From the human T2T-CHM13v2.0 reference genome, Homo sapiens, in the NCBI RefSeq assembly GCF_009914755.1, contig NC_060947.1: 64,000 nt of DNA. The stretch is one strand, 5' to 3'. Of the stretch, positions 45,550 through 62,849 are shown piece after piece. Each line of letters opens with the position of its first letter. Position 1 is the first letter of the stretch. The notes beneath the pieces are model-generated. The model worked only from the letters and a program-made list of their open reading frames with translations, had not been told where the DNA came from and made no database searches. The position numbers and the translations under genes are program-made.

Positions 45550-48541
45550 ATCATGCTGCTATAAAGACACATGCACACGTAAGTTTATTGCGGCACTATT
45601 CACAATAGCAAAGACTTGGAACCAACCCAAATGTCCAACAATGATAGACTGGATTAAGAAAATATGGCACATATACACCATGGAATACTATGCAGCCGTA
45701 AAAATGATGAGTTCATGTCCTTTGTAGGGACATGGATGAAATTGGAAATCATCATTCTCAGTAAACTATCGCAAGGACAAAAAACCAAACACTGCATGTT
45801 CTCACTCATAGATGGGAATTGAACAATGAGAACACATGGACACAGGAAGGGGAACATCATACTCTGGGGACTGTTGTGGGATGGGAGGAGGGGGGAGGGA
45901 TAGCATTAGGAGATATAGCTAATGCTAAATGACGAGTTAATGGGTGCAGCACACCAGCATGGCACATGTATACATATGTAACTAACCTGCACATTGTGCA
46001 CATGTACCCTAAAACTTAAAGTATAATAATAATAAATTAAAAAAAGAAAAATATATAACAAAAAAAAAAAAGAAAGTTCTACCTCTGGCTGAAGGCCAAC
46101 CAATGCAAGCCATACAACAACTCATAACAGAACACCACTGCTCCAAAGCAAGAGGAAACAACAGCTAATTCCACTGTTTGCAACATCCTGGCTAACCAGA
46201 GTTTCTGAGTCTATCTATGTGACAACTTCACTGCTAGCAAAACTAGCATTTGAGAAAACCAGTGCACTAAACAAAACTATAATCAGGGACACTCACAGAG
46301 TCCACTTTACTCCCCTGCCACCCCCACCACAGCAGGTGCTGGTATCCAAAGCTGGCAGAGCTGAAGACGGATCACATCATGGGACACTTTGAAGACATTG
46401 CCCAGCACCACAGTAGACCACTGGATGGCTAGACCAAAAGGGCAATAACAATCACTGCAGTCTGGCTCTCAGGAAGTCCCATCCCTAGCGGAAAGAGGAG
46501 AGCACCAGATAAAGGGATCACCTTGTGATACAAAAGAATCTGAACAGCAGACCTTGAGTTCCAGATCTTTCCACTGAAACAGTCTACCCTAATGAAAAGG
46601 AACCAGAAAACTAATTCTGGTAATATGACAAAACAAGGTTCTATAACACCACCAAAAGATCACACTACCTCTTCAGCAATGGATGCAAAGGAAGAAGAAA
46701 TCTCTGAATTCCCAAAATAATTCAGAAATTTGATTATTAAGTTACTTGAAGAGGTATCAGAGAAAGGAGAAAAACAACTTAAATAAATTAAAAAAAAACA
46801 CGATACAGATTTTTTAAAGGTCTCCAGAAAAATAGAGAGTATAAAAAAATCCAAATTTCTGGAAATGAAAGACAAGCTTAGAGAAATACAAAATACAATG
46901 TAATGTTTCAACAATAGACTAGAAGAAGTAGAAGAAAGAACTTCAGAGCTCAAAGACAAGGCTTTCAAATTAACCTGACCAGCTAAGGCACAGCAAAAAT
47001 AAAAATAAAGACTTCAAAAAATTTGGGATTCTGTTAAACAAACATAAGAATAATTGATGTTTCTGAGGAAGAAGAGAAAGCTAAAAATTTAAAAAACATG
47101 TTTTGGGGAATAACTGAGGAAAGCTTCCCTGGCCTTGTTATAGATCTAGACATCCAAATACAAAAATCTCAAAGAATACGCAAGAAATTATTCACAAAAA
47201 TATCATCACCTAGACACATGGCTATCAGGTTATCTAAAGTCAAGACAAAGTAAAGAATCTGAAGAGATGTGAGACAAAAGGATCAGATAGCCTATAATGG
47301 AAAATCTATCAAATTAACAGCAGATTTCCCAGCAGAGACCCCACAAGCCAGAGGGGTTTGTGTTCCTATATTCGGCCTCCTTAAACAAAATAATTGTCAG
47401 CCAAGAATTTTGTATCTAGGGAAACTAAGTTTCAGAAATTAAGGACAGATAAAGTCTTTTTTAGACAAATAAATGCTGAGAGAATTTGACACTACCAAGC
47501 CAGCACTACAAGAAATGCTAAAAGGAGTTCTAAATCTCAAAGCTAAACCTCAAAATACACCAAAATAGAATCTCTACGAAACACTGCTGAAAAAAAAACA
47601 TCAATGACACAAACAAATAGAAACACATTTCATACTCATGAATGGGTAGAATCAAAATTGTAAAAATTACCATACTGCCAAAAGCAATCTACAAATTCTA
47701 TGCAATTCCCAGCAAAATGCCATCATCACCCTTCACAGAACTTAAAAAAAAATCCTAAAAGTCATATGCAATGAAAAAAGAGCCCACATAGCCAAAGCAA
47801 GACTAAGCAAAAGAACAAATCTGGTAGTATCACATTACCTGACTTCAAACTATACTACAAGGCTATAGTTACCAAAACATTGTACCGGTATAAAAATAGG
47901 CATGTCAACGAATGGAAAAAAGTAGAGAACCCAGAAATGAAGCCAAATACTTACAGTCAACTGATCTTTGACAAAATAAACAAAAACATAAAGTGGGTAA
48001 AAAACAACAACTTCAACAAATGGTGCTGAGATAATTGGCAAGCCACATGTGGAAGAATAAGTATTGTCCCTTGCAGGCTACTTCAACTGATACCTGTTCC
48101 TTTGAATTATGTTAGCCAAAGCCACTTTAAAAACTGCCCTTGCCCTGTGAATATTCGAGTTAGGTGAAGCAATGGGAAGCCTTTGCCCTCGTCCTTGTCA
48201 GAGGCTTTCAACAGATTAAACCCACAACCAGAATTCTTTAAGAATATATTCCATTTTTCTCCTTCTGGCACAAGGACTGTTGTTCTCAAGGCTGCTACTC
48301 ATTTGGAGTACGGGGGATGACAGGTGACCAATTTAAAATGCTACAATAGTATTATCTTATGACAAAGTAACCACTTTGTTCTCCATCAAGACTTCACCTG
48401 GTTATTGTAACTTTTTGACTAAACTATAGGGTTCTTAAAAGTTGATTTTGATAGTTTTTGCTAGCTTATTAGTTGCTTTTGGAGAGGGATACAGACTTGC
48501 AGTTTTCTATTCTATTTTCAGGGACATCCACGGGTTTTTGA

Positions 48542-48878
<337 letters not shown>

Positions 48879-50787
48879 TAATTAGTGATCTTTTAACATA
48901 AAATGATTAAGATTTCTAAGAAAGCCAACTAAATATTTAAGACTATTTCTAAAAGAAGACATTAGTGAAAAACATTAGTACAACCTCTAGCCTGTTCCAA
49001 TGATCCATCATGACAGTTCTCTTTTTAAACAATTACATTCCTCCTTTAATTAGTGCTATTTTAAAATTTAATTAAAATGCCAAAGTTTGGAGGGAAAGAG
49101 TAAGTAAATAAGAATAAACATATCTTTTTCAAAAGTATCATTTGTTCCTTTTCTCCATTTCTACCACTTTTATGCGTGTCTACCTTCAGATTGTCCTCCT
49201 TTTCTTTTTGGTAATAATTTCATTTCTTTTCATGGTTAATTTTGTGAACTTCTTTCTAAACTCTGCCTTTATGTTTTCTTCCAAAATCACTGCGATTCTA
49301 TCAAAAGAGACCAGAGATAACTTTGCTCTCTAGGCTGATTGATGATAAGTGTTAATAATACCGGTGATTCAATTCTGTCATCACTTAGGTTTTCGAGCAT
49401 ACACAGCTTAGGGCAGCATCATAGAGGAGGGAATAACTCAGCAAACAGAAAGACAGTACAAAATGAGCTTGATTTCTTCTAAATCTCCTGATATTCCATA
49501 GTCATAAATCATAAATGGCAATTCCTTCTGGGTCCTTGAGTATAATTTAACACAATTTGTGGGCATCTTTTCTGCTGGAATTCTCCCCTTTAATCAGACA
49601 AAATCCTGAGGAAATGTAGTCATGGGAACACAAAGAATAGCAGGGAAGCTCATCTTCTTTCTGATTATATGGTCCCTCATGTATAAATACATGCCCTATT
49701 TCTTGATTGCCACTTATTTATTTCTCAGAGCATTATCTGTTACATCAGAATTGAGAATTGGTCTCTTATTTGTAGTATGAGAAAAAGTGAGCCCAAAGAA
49801 TATCATATCGAGTCTCATAATTACAAGCCACAGAGTTTACATATCCATTATATGCTTCCAATATAAGTAATTTTTATAGAGAGTTGATAAATGGTAGCTT
49901 TATTTAGATTTACTGAAGAAAAGAAAGAGGTATATAAAAGCTACTAAAATGTGCAGAGCAAATTGAGAAGCAGGGTATTTTCATTTTTCTGAGAACAAAA
50001 CCTTACTATGTAAATCAAAGCCACCACTGCTTTTTATCAATGTTAAGAGGCATATATCCACAAAAGAGAACCCAGTTCAACTAAACCAGGGTTACTCAAA
50101 CTGTGCTCACTTAAAAACTAATGTAATAATAGAATCTAGCCATTAGTGCCACCACTATCAACAATCATCTGGAAGGGGCAAAGTATGCACTTAATAATTT
50201 TCCTGCTACTGAAGTGATTTTGGAAACTAAAATCCCTGAGTATATATGCTTCTGGCAGTAGAAATGCACCAAACAACCCTCTTAGACTGGATCTACAAAT
50301 TACTTGGGAAAAGTTTTGCTGCCCTAATAACTTTACCAAATATTCCACATTTGTCCCCCAATCAAGACCTAACTCAAATTTCACCTTGTGTGTGAAAGCA
50401 CCAGCTACAACAGGCCACAAGGATCTCTCTTTTCCAGAGTTCTTTTACACCTCTGATGAGTCCTACTCAATTTAGGAGTCCCCACGAACTGTCTTCATTT
50501 ATTCTTCATTTTTACTGTCTGTGCAAGTCTTGTTTCCTGAATCAGAGCACAAGCTGGAAATGCTTCCTAGTTCTGTTATATCCCGCAAAGAATCTAAAAA
50601 CGACTAAGCAATGTATAGACACTTAAAAATCTCCCTGCTTATTTATTAATATTAAAACTGACTTTGGAAACTTAGACAACATAGCTCTCAGGCATGTGAA
50701 ACACCTTCCTTAAGTGAAGAATGTGTTACATTGCTGGAGGTATAAGCCCTATGGGAAATAAATCAAGCTAATCATAGCTATCTGTTT

Positions 50788-50970
50788 TAGCTGTTCTCGA
50801 CCTTGGCTGCATACTGGAAAGCAGTTCGGAAGCTTTAAAAAGTATTGATGACTAGAATCTCTCCTCCAGAGATTCTAAAGTAATTTGTCGGATGTGCATT
50901 CTGAGCATTGGAATTTTTTAAAAATGTCTTACGTGATTCTAACGTGCAGCTAAAGTTGAGAAACTCCAGT
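50788..50970. mobile_element. MER5B-like hAT MITE
   Basis: gttctcgaccttggctgcatactggaa...gtgattctaacgtgcagctaaagttgagaaac. Confidence 0.8.
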
Positions 50971-51424
50971 CTATAACAATATAGTCTTTAACGTTCTCTG
51001 AAATATCTATTGTTTTTGTAACTGGAATTGTTTCTCCATAAACAAAACTCTAGTATAGAGGAAATATTATTTGCTGCTATATATTTTCTGTGATAAACAC
51101 AATGAAACTACAATACGAAAAAATTGCAAGGCCAAATCTCTCCTAAGGAAAATAATAAAGATCCATAATCTTTATCTAGGGAAGGGAAATTGTTTCAAAC
51201 AAGTTCCTTCTGACTTACTTACCCCTTTTATTCAGGACTTAGTTAATTTCAGATCATTTGCAAAAAAAAAAAAAAAAAAAGTATGTCAGTTTTCCAGATG
51301 GTCATTCTCCGTAAGCTCTCTGATTTTCCAATGGCTAGAAATTTTGCAGTGAATAGCTAAAGATTTTTCCTAAGGATACATTCTCTATGTCTTTTGCTCC
51401 AGTGAACTCTGCCCTGAAAGCCTT

Positions 51425-51788
51425 TGCTATGGTTTGAATGTTTCTGTCCCTTCAAAATTCATGTTGAAACTTAATCCTCAATGCAATAGTATTAGAAGGT
51501 GGAGTGCGGGGGGCTGGGGTATAGGAGATAGTGGATTAGTTAGTACTCATATAAAAAACTTTGAGAAAGTCTGTTAGTCCCTTTTGCCCTTTTGGCCTTT
51601 CTACCACATGATAAGACAGGAAGAAGCATATCTTGGAAGCAGAGAGTGAGTCTTCACCAGATACTGAGTCTTCTAGTGCCTTGATCTTGGACTTTCTAGC
51701 CTCCAGATCTGTGAAAAATAAATTTCTTTTATTTATAAATTACCCAGCGTAAAACATTTTATTATACCAGCCCCAACAGACTAAGACA
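51425..51788 (+). mobile_element. MSTC/MSTD-like MaLR solo LTR
   Basis: tgctatggtttgaatg...ccttgatcttggactttctagcctccag...gactaagaca. Confidence 0.85.
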
Positions 51789-51919
51789 GTTATCATATTA
51801 GGAAAATATAAGATAAATTGGCATTCAGTTTAAAATAACTGAATATGAAATCTGGGTGATATTTTTATCAAGATTCTTTCACTTTTGGAAATGGGAAAGT
51901 TGATAAATCAGCTTCTTTA

Positions 51920-52215
51920 TAGAGAAGCATAGTAGAGTAGCAAGAATCAACCCTCTAATAGTGTGATAGAACTGGTTTAAACCTAAATTCTAACATCCTT
52001 TTAAATTTATTTATTTAAAGAAAATTCTAGAGTTTTTTCCCAACAGCTTTTAAATTAAAAGATGGAAATGTTAAAGTACTCAACTGCAAAATATCTGTTG
52101 CTTTACTTGTAAAATGAGTATGATAATTCCTACATTGTTGAGTTATAAAGAATTTAAATGAGATGATATGTGCAATGGCTTCTAGCACATTGCTCACCCC
52201 ATAGTTGTTTCTCAA
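51920..52215 (+). mobile_element. MIR
   Basis: tgtaaaatgagtatgataattcctacattgttgagttataaagaatttaaatgagatgatatgtgcaatggcttctagcaca. Confidence 0.65.
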
Positions 52216-52222
52216 TAAAATT

Positions 52223-52873
52223 AAAAGGGAAGAGAAGAAAATGAATCCACTTACTTTAAAGATTAAGCAAATGGTGCCGAAATAGATACACAAACTTGTT
52301 TAAAGTCTCAAAGTTGCGGCATTATTCACAATAGCAAAGACTTGGAACCAACCCAAATGTCCAACAATGATAGACTGGATTAAGAAAATGTGGCACATAT
52401 ACACCATGGAATACTATGCAGCCATAAAAAATGATGAGTTCATGTCCTTTGTAGGGACATGGATGAAATTGGAAATCATCATTCTCAGTAAACTATCGCA
52501 AGAACAAAAAACCAAACACCGCATATTCTCACTCACAGGTGGGAATTGAACAATAAGATCACATGGACACAGGAAGGGGAATATCACACTCTGGGGACTG
52601 TTGTGGGGTGGGGGGAGGGGGGAGGGATAGCATTGGGAGATATACCTAATGCTAGATGACGAGTTAGTGAGTGCAGCGCACCAGCATGGCACATGTATAC
52701 ATATGTAACTAACCTGCAGAATGTGCACATACATGTACCCTAAAACTTAAAGTATAATAAAAAATAAAAATAAAAAAAATAAAAGGGAAGAGAAGAAAAT
52801 GAATCCACTTACTTTAAAGACTAAGCAAATGGTGCCGAAATAGATACACAAACTTGTTTAAAGTCTCAAAGTT
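52223..52873 (+). repeat. 93-bp direct repeat (52223-52315 and 52781-52873) flanking the L1
   Basis: 92/93 identical (t52263 vs c52821). Confidence 0.97.
52316..52780 (+). mobile_element. 5'-truncated L1PA2-like element
   Basis: gctagatgacgagttagtgagtgcagcgcaccagc, gggatagcattgggag, caccgcatattctc; A tail. Confidence 0.95.
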
Positions 52874-54147
52874 AGTAGGGCGCAGGTTGAGTGTTGGAGG
52901 CCAGTCAATAAATATTTAGTGAGTTGAAGTGTACTTCCCTATATGAAAAACTTCTTCCAAAAATTTTATTTCTAGGCTTAGGTGAGCTGCTTATTACTCA
53001 CATTTGTGAAGCATCTGCCATGGATGTCTATATACATTTGTATCTGCTTGTCACTAGGTTAGAATTAAAACAATAACTACAAAGTTAATGCAGTTTTTCC
53101 CCTTTCTCTCCTGAGAGAGGCTGCCTAAAATTTTAAAGTTTTAAAAAGAAATTTAATTCCTAATTGATCCTTTTAAACATGTTATTAAATGAAAATTTAA
53201 GAGTTTTTTCTAATATCCTCTTTTTCAATAAAAGTAAATGGCCTTTTCTTGTTATTTCTCCATATACACATGCTCGATACACTATCATGAGAATGTATAG
53301 AATGGACACGTTGTCTTTTTTAAATTTTTTTCTTTCTTTAGATTTCTTATTGCTTTGTTTTTCGAATCCTTTCTAGATCCCTTACTCTTAAAAACTATTC
53401 ATTTCATGACTGTAAAATGAATAAAACAGGCAAGAGAGGGATGTCTGCTATGATCACTATTGAATGCTGAAATAAAATTACAAGAAAAATCAATACGGCA
53501 AAAAATACGAGAAATGAGATAGTAATATAACAAGAGAATCAGGTAGAGAGCTGTGAATGAGACAATGCAAGAAGAAAAGGAAAATGAATAAAAAACACAC
53601 AGTGAAAGAAGAAATTAAACTTTTTGAGATTAAATGATTATCTACCCAGCACATCCAAAACAATAATCTGAACATCTGTAGAATACAGAAGATGAATATT
53701 CAAGGTAGCTGCACGAAATTATCAACAGCTTTCTAATATACAGGTAATTGCCAATTAAATAATGTGCGCAAAAATATTCATAATAGTAACAATATATAAA
53801 GAATATAAACCAATATAAACTTTGAAATACTTTAAGAAAAATATACCAAAAGACCCAAAAGATTTGAAAATTTTACATGTTTATGGTATACTTTTAGCAT
53901 TCATAAATTTAACAGTCATAATTTGAACTATACCCAAGCAGCCCTGATCCATTGCACATAATAGACTAGGAAATAAAATTAATTTTATCTATTGGAGCGA
54001 GGTACCCCAAAGCCAGTGTTTTTACCCTAATATGGCTATAGTGTTGTCTACTCATAATTGCATGTGGTTTTTAATTTTTTTTAACCACTCTTCAAAGGCA
54101 GTCAAAGTGAGCTTACAATGTAATCAGTATTTTAAAAAATATCTTTA

Positions 54148-54456
<309 letters not shown>

Positions 54457-54459
54457 TCA

Positions 54460-54890
54460 ATAGTATCTCATCACATTTAGAATAAAATTCAAATTGCTTA
54501 CCGTGGCCTACAAGGTCCTATGTAAATTTTCCTCCCTCTCTGTTTGATTACCCAGGCCCAGCCCTCTTTTTATTTCTCAGACATGCCAAGCCAAGCTTTT
54601 TTTCTGTCATAGAGCTTTACTTCAACATGGAAAACTTTCCCAGGTCTGAGTTTTTAAATGCCACCTTCTAACCATCTAAAGTAGCCCCTAGTTTTTCTCC
54701 AAAAAATCATGTTTTACTTTACTATAATATTTCCCACTACTTGATTTTTTCATTCTTTGTTTATTGCCTGTCTTCCTATAATAAAATATAAACTCTTTGA
54801 GACAGGTGATTTCATCTATCTCATTACTATTACATTCCTAGAGTCTCAAACAGTGTCTGGCATGTTGTGGCTGGAGAACAAATAATTGTA
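54460..54890 (+). mobile_element. L2 fragment
   Basis: ttagaataaaattcaaattgcttaccgtggcctacaaggtcc...cagtgtctggcatgttg. Confidence 0.7.
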
Positions 54891-55344
54891 TATAAATTTA
54901 TATATAAATGATACTTTGGTCATTTGAATAATTTTTTAGTTATTAGAATAATGCTAACATTAATATTTTATATATAAATATTTGACTATTTTTAAAAGAC
55001 AGAAGAGACTCCTAGAAGAATAAATACTAGCACAAAAGATACATATATCTGAAGACTGTAGAAATGTGCTAAAAACTTATTTTAAGAAAGACTAATAACC
55101 TTGACTTTTATAAGCAATATATGAGAATTTGCATCTCTTTGACTTTTCAATAATATTACCATTTATTAGTTCATGATAATTTGATAGGCAAAAGGTTTAT
55201 TATTGCTGTTTTAATCTGAAACTATTTGATAACTTAAAAGATTAAACCTGTTTTTAATACACTTATGCTTCATATAATTTTAATATAGTTTGATGAGTCA
55301 TTTGTTCATATCCTTTACCCATTGTTTTTCTACTTAGGATACAT

Positions 55345-55590
55345 TATTGTAGTAACTAAATGAAGAATGTATAGAATCTAGAATTTATAGCTAGACTGCA
55401 TGGGTTTCAAATTCCAACACTATGAGCCTTGAGCAAGCTATTTTTCCCTTTTGTGCCTTCATTTACCCATATGCAAAACTGTGATAATAATAGTAGCTAT
55501 TTCATAGGCTTGCCATGATAATTAAATGAGTCAGTACAGGTTTTAAAAAATAGAGCACTACCAGGCACATAGTAAATACCAAAAAAAAAA
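55345..55590 (+). mobile_element. MIR
   Basis: ccttgagcaagctattttt...catatgcaaaactgtgataataatagtagctatttcataggcttg. Confidence 0.75.
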
Positions 55591-56739
55591 ATCCATTATT
55601 TGTATTATTATTTAGATATAAAGATCTCTTAAAAATCAAATCAAACCTTTATCAAATTATTGAATACAGCTCCCCAGTCTCTCAGTTTGTTGTTTGCTAT
55701 TTAATTTGGCTTATGTATCTTTTCATATATTGACATAAAAGTTATGTCATTTTCTGATACAGCATGATAGGCTCATCATTTATGTTTGCTTTCTTTTCCT
55801 ACTGAAGAACCATTGAAATTAGAGAAAAGAAACATATATGTCTATAGGAATGAAGAAATAAATTTCCTTTTCTCACAAAATATATATATACACATATGTA
55901 GATAATAAAAATGCATAACTATCTTGCTGTTTTTAGATGTGGAGATAACACTGTGTAGAAGATCTTAATGAATTTCAAAAACTTAAAAATGTAATTCCTA
56001 AATCCTGCTGCTTTAGGAATATTTGGTGAATAGTAAACTTTATGAGTATTAAAAGGTCTGAAAATAGTTTTATTTATCTCTCATGGTTGATTTATGATTC
56101 AATATAATTTTTTAAAAAATGTTAAATCGTAAAGCAGCAGGATACATGAAAAGTAACTTAGGTCTTACTTTTGGGTAAATTAGAATGAGTGTTCAACCCT
56201 AAAACTGAAAAAGGATAAAACAAAAACAGAGATTGGAACATTTATTACTTGGAGGCAAAACCATAGAGTTGGTTGGTTCAAGATTGGATTCAGTATTGTA
56301 AAGATTAGCAGACCTAGGGGCAATAAATACTGTAAGTGACTGAAGTTTCATGTACAGAAAATCAGTGTGAATTATCTTATGCAACAATTTCCTTTGTATA
56401 GTGTTCATAAATCCTCAGGATAAAAATGGAGGTTTAATCTATAAATAATTTCCGCTTTTAAGAAGTTACGGCTCCTAGTGTGGGTGTTAACAACCCAGAG
56501 AAAACAGCCTTTCATTTTTCTGGCATTACTGTTCGAGTTTTGTGTATTCTTCCTGCTAGATTCACACATATACACACGCTAAAGTGAAGCCTGTCAGTTG
56601 ACATAATCTGCTGATATACACAGAGCTCAGAGACAGCTCCTCCACTGGAGAAATCTGTTGAAGAAAAGATAACTTTACAGATAAAAAGGAAACTCAATTC
56701 AACTGCCCACATAAGAAAATTTATTTCATCATTCCTAAT

Positions 56740-57260
56740 TTAAAATGCGCAACAAAGGAATACTACTAGTGTTTGAAAATGATAGAGTAACACACACAAA
56801 AAAACTAAAGTAAACAGATAGAAATATTGACCCAAGGAAAAATAAAGATGCAAATTATTTGAAAAAATACACACACATACAACGCTATGATAAATACTGT
56901 AGAAGTTTCAAAAGGTATTGTATACATAAGAATATGGTCCTATGAAAAAGAATAAAGGAGTAAATGAGAGTACTTGGCAACTAATTCTATGGTACCAAAT
57001 ATAAAAATGGGGTATGAAGAATAAGATGGAGTGTAGGGAATTTCACACAAAGAAACTAAAGTATTAGAAAAGATAGAAACTATGAGAATAAAGGTAGGAA
57101 ATACCTAATATCAAGTCATATGTTCAAACATTTAATCAGTATGTCACAGATACTTGATAAAATAGAAGGGATGAAATTCTAAAGAAATAATCTCAGAAAA
57201 GTTACCAGACAAGGAGAAGGACATGTGCCTTCAAATTGAAAAGGCCTGTTGTGTGCCATG
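56740..57260 (+). mobile_element. HAL1/L1 ORF1-like relic
   Basis: aaagaaataatctcagaaaagttaccagac...ttcaaattgaaaaggcc. Confidence 0.5.
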
Positions 57261-57269
57261 CACACATTC

Positions 57270-61020
<3,751 letters not shown>

Positions 61021-61039
61021 CTTCCTCAATTGTATTTCC

Positions 61040-62820
61040 ATATGACAACAATAGGTAGTTTAAAAGTAGTACATTTAAAATAATACCATTTATGATGGCA
61101 TCAAATAACTAGTAATGCATCCAATAAAAATTTAGAAACTCTACTACAGAGAAAACCCTAAAACATTATTGGAAAAAAATGTTTCAAACAACCATAAATG
61201 GAAGACTAATTCATATTAATGGATTTGATGAGTCAATATAGCCAAGATGTTAATTCTTCCAAAATTAATCTGTAGCTCTAATGCTTTCTTTATAAAACAC
61301 TAGCAAGTTTATTGTGGAATTTGACACCCTCATTCTAAATTATTTAGCGATACGCAAAGAGACAAAAGTAGGCAAGATGATCATAAAGAAGAATAAAGTT
61401 GGTGGAATTACATTACTAGATGTCAAGGCTTATTATAGTAAGTTAGACACTGTAGTGTTTGCATTAGAATATCAAATAGACAAATGGAACAGGAAAGTCT
61501 AGAAACAATCCTTCAGACATAATGTCATTTGTTTGATACCTAAGTAGCATAATAGAAAGAGAAAATGGTGGTATTTGCAATAAAAGGTGCAGGATCAATT
61601 GGATAGTCACATGCAAAAAATTAGATGACTCCCCCTCATATTATACACAAAATCTAATCTCAGTATGATTAAAGATAAAAAATTTTAAAATACAATATTT
61701 GAGTTTCTAGAAATTGTCATAGAATATTTTCATGCATGTGGGTAGAAATAGATTTCATGAAGAAGGCACAAATATCTCTAAAATAAACAAAACATTTGAT
61801 ATATTGGACTACCTTAAATTTTAAGGTAAAATAAGGAGGACTATCTTCTTATTTGAAGGTAGTCCAATGTATCAAATGTTTTGATACATTACTTACATTA
61901 ATTAAAATATGGTACATTACTTGTATTAATTAAAATGTACCATTAAAATGGAAAAGTCAGACCACACAATGGGAAAAGATATTTGCAATAAATGCAATTA
62001 ACAAATAACTCATATTAAGATGACTAAAATAACTTCTACAAATCATCATGAACAAGACCAACAACTGAATAGATAAATGAGCAAAAGACTTGTTTAAAGA
62101 TGATAAACATATGAAAAGGGGCTTAATTGATTTTGTAATCAAGACAATTTAAAATCAAATGATATGCTACTAAGCCTACAGAGGAATGACTGAAATTAAT
62201 GTATCTGACAATAGAAAGTGTTAGCAATGCTATAGAGAAACTGAAAATCTTTTGATGCTGGTGTGAGTGCAAACGGATACATCCACCTTAAAAAAACTTC
62301 AGCAATGTGTACAAAGATGAATATATTCTTATCCTGTAGCTCAACAGTGGCACTTATAAGCATGTGCAATGTTGCACAAATAAATGTAGAAGAATGTAGA
62401 AGATGCATTTTTATGATAGCTGGAAACTGAAAGCAACCCAAATGTCACTGGAAGAATACATACATTCTGGTATATTTATCTTATAGTGGGATACCATCCT
62501 TCACCAGTCATTAAAGTTGAGCTACACAGAGCACTATGGAATCTCACAAACATTGCATTCAGTGAAATAGGGCAAATATCAACATCACAGAGTAAATATT
62601 ATTTATTCTAGTTTAGAAAGGTCAAAATAGATAAAAATCAATCTGTGAAATGTTAAAAGTTAAAATGACATTTAGTTTTGTAGAAGAGGCAGAAAATAGT
62701 GATTGAAAATATGTATAAAAACAGCTTCTAAGTTGTTGCTAATGTTCTGTTACATGAATGTGAAAAGTCGTCAAGTGGACACCTGGAATATCTGTACTAT
62801 TTTAATGTTATTAATTGTCA
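61040..62820 (+). mobile_element. L1ME/MD-type ORF2 3' part and 3'UTR
   Basis: aagaataaagttggtggaattacattactagatgtcaaggcttattata; gctggaaactgaaagcaacccaaatgtc. Confidence 0.7.
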
Positions 62821-62849
62821 GAAAGAGGTTTTAATTGGCCTTCCTAATG

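Noticed and set aside
51262-51280. Isolated A19 tract as a poly(A)-only retroinsertion
   Set aside because: No clear TSD; slippage is sufficient
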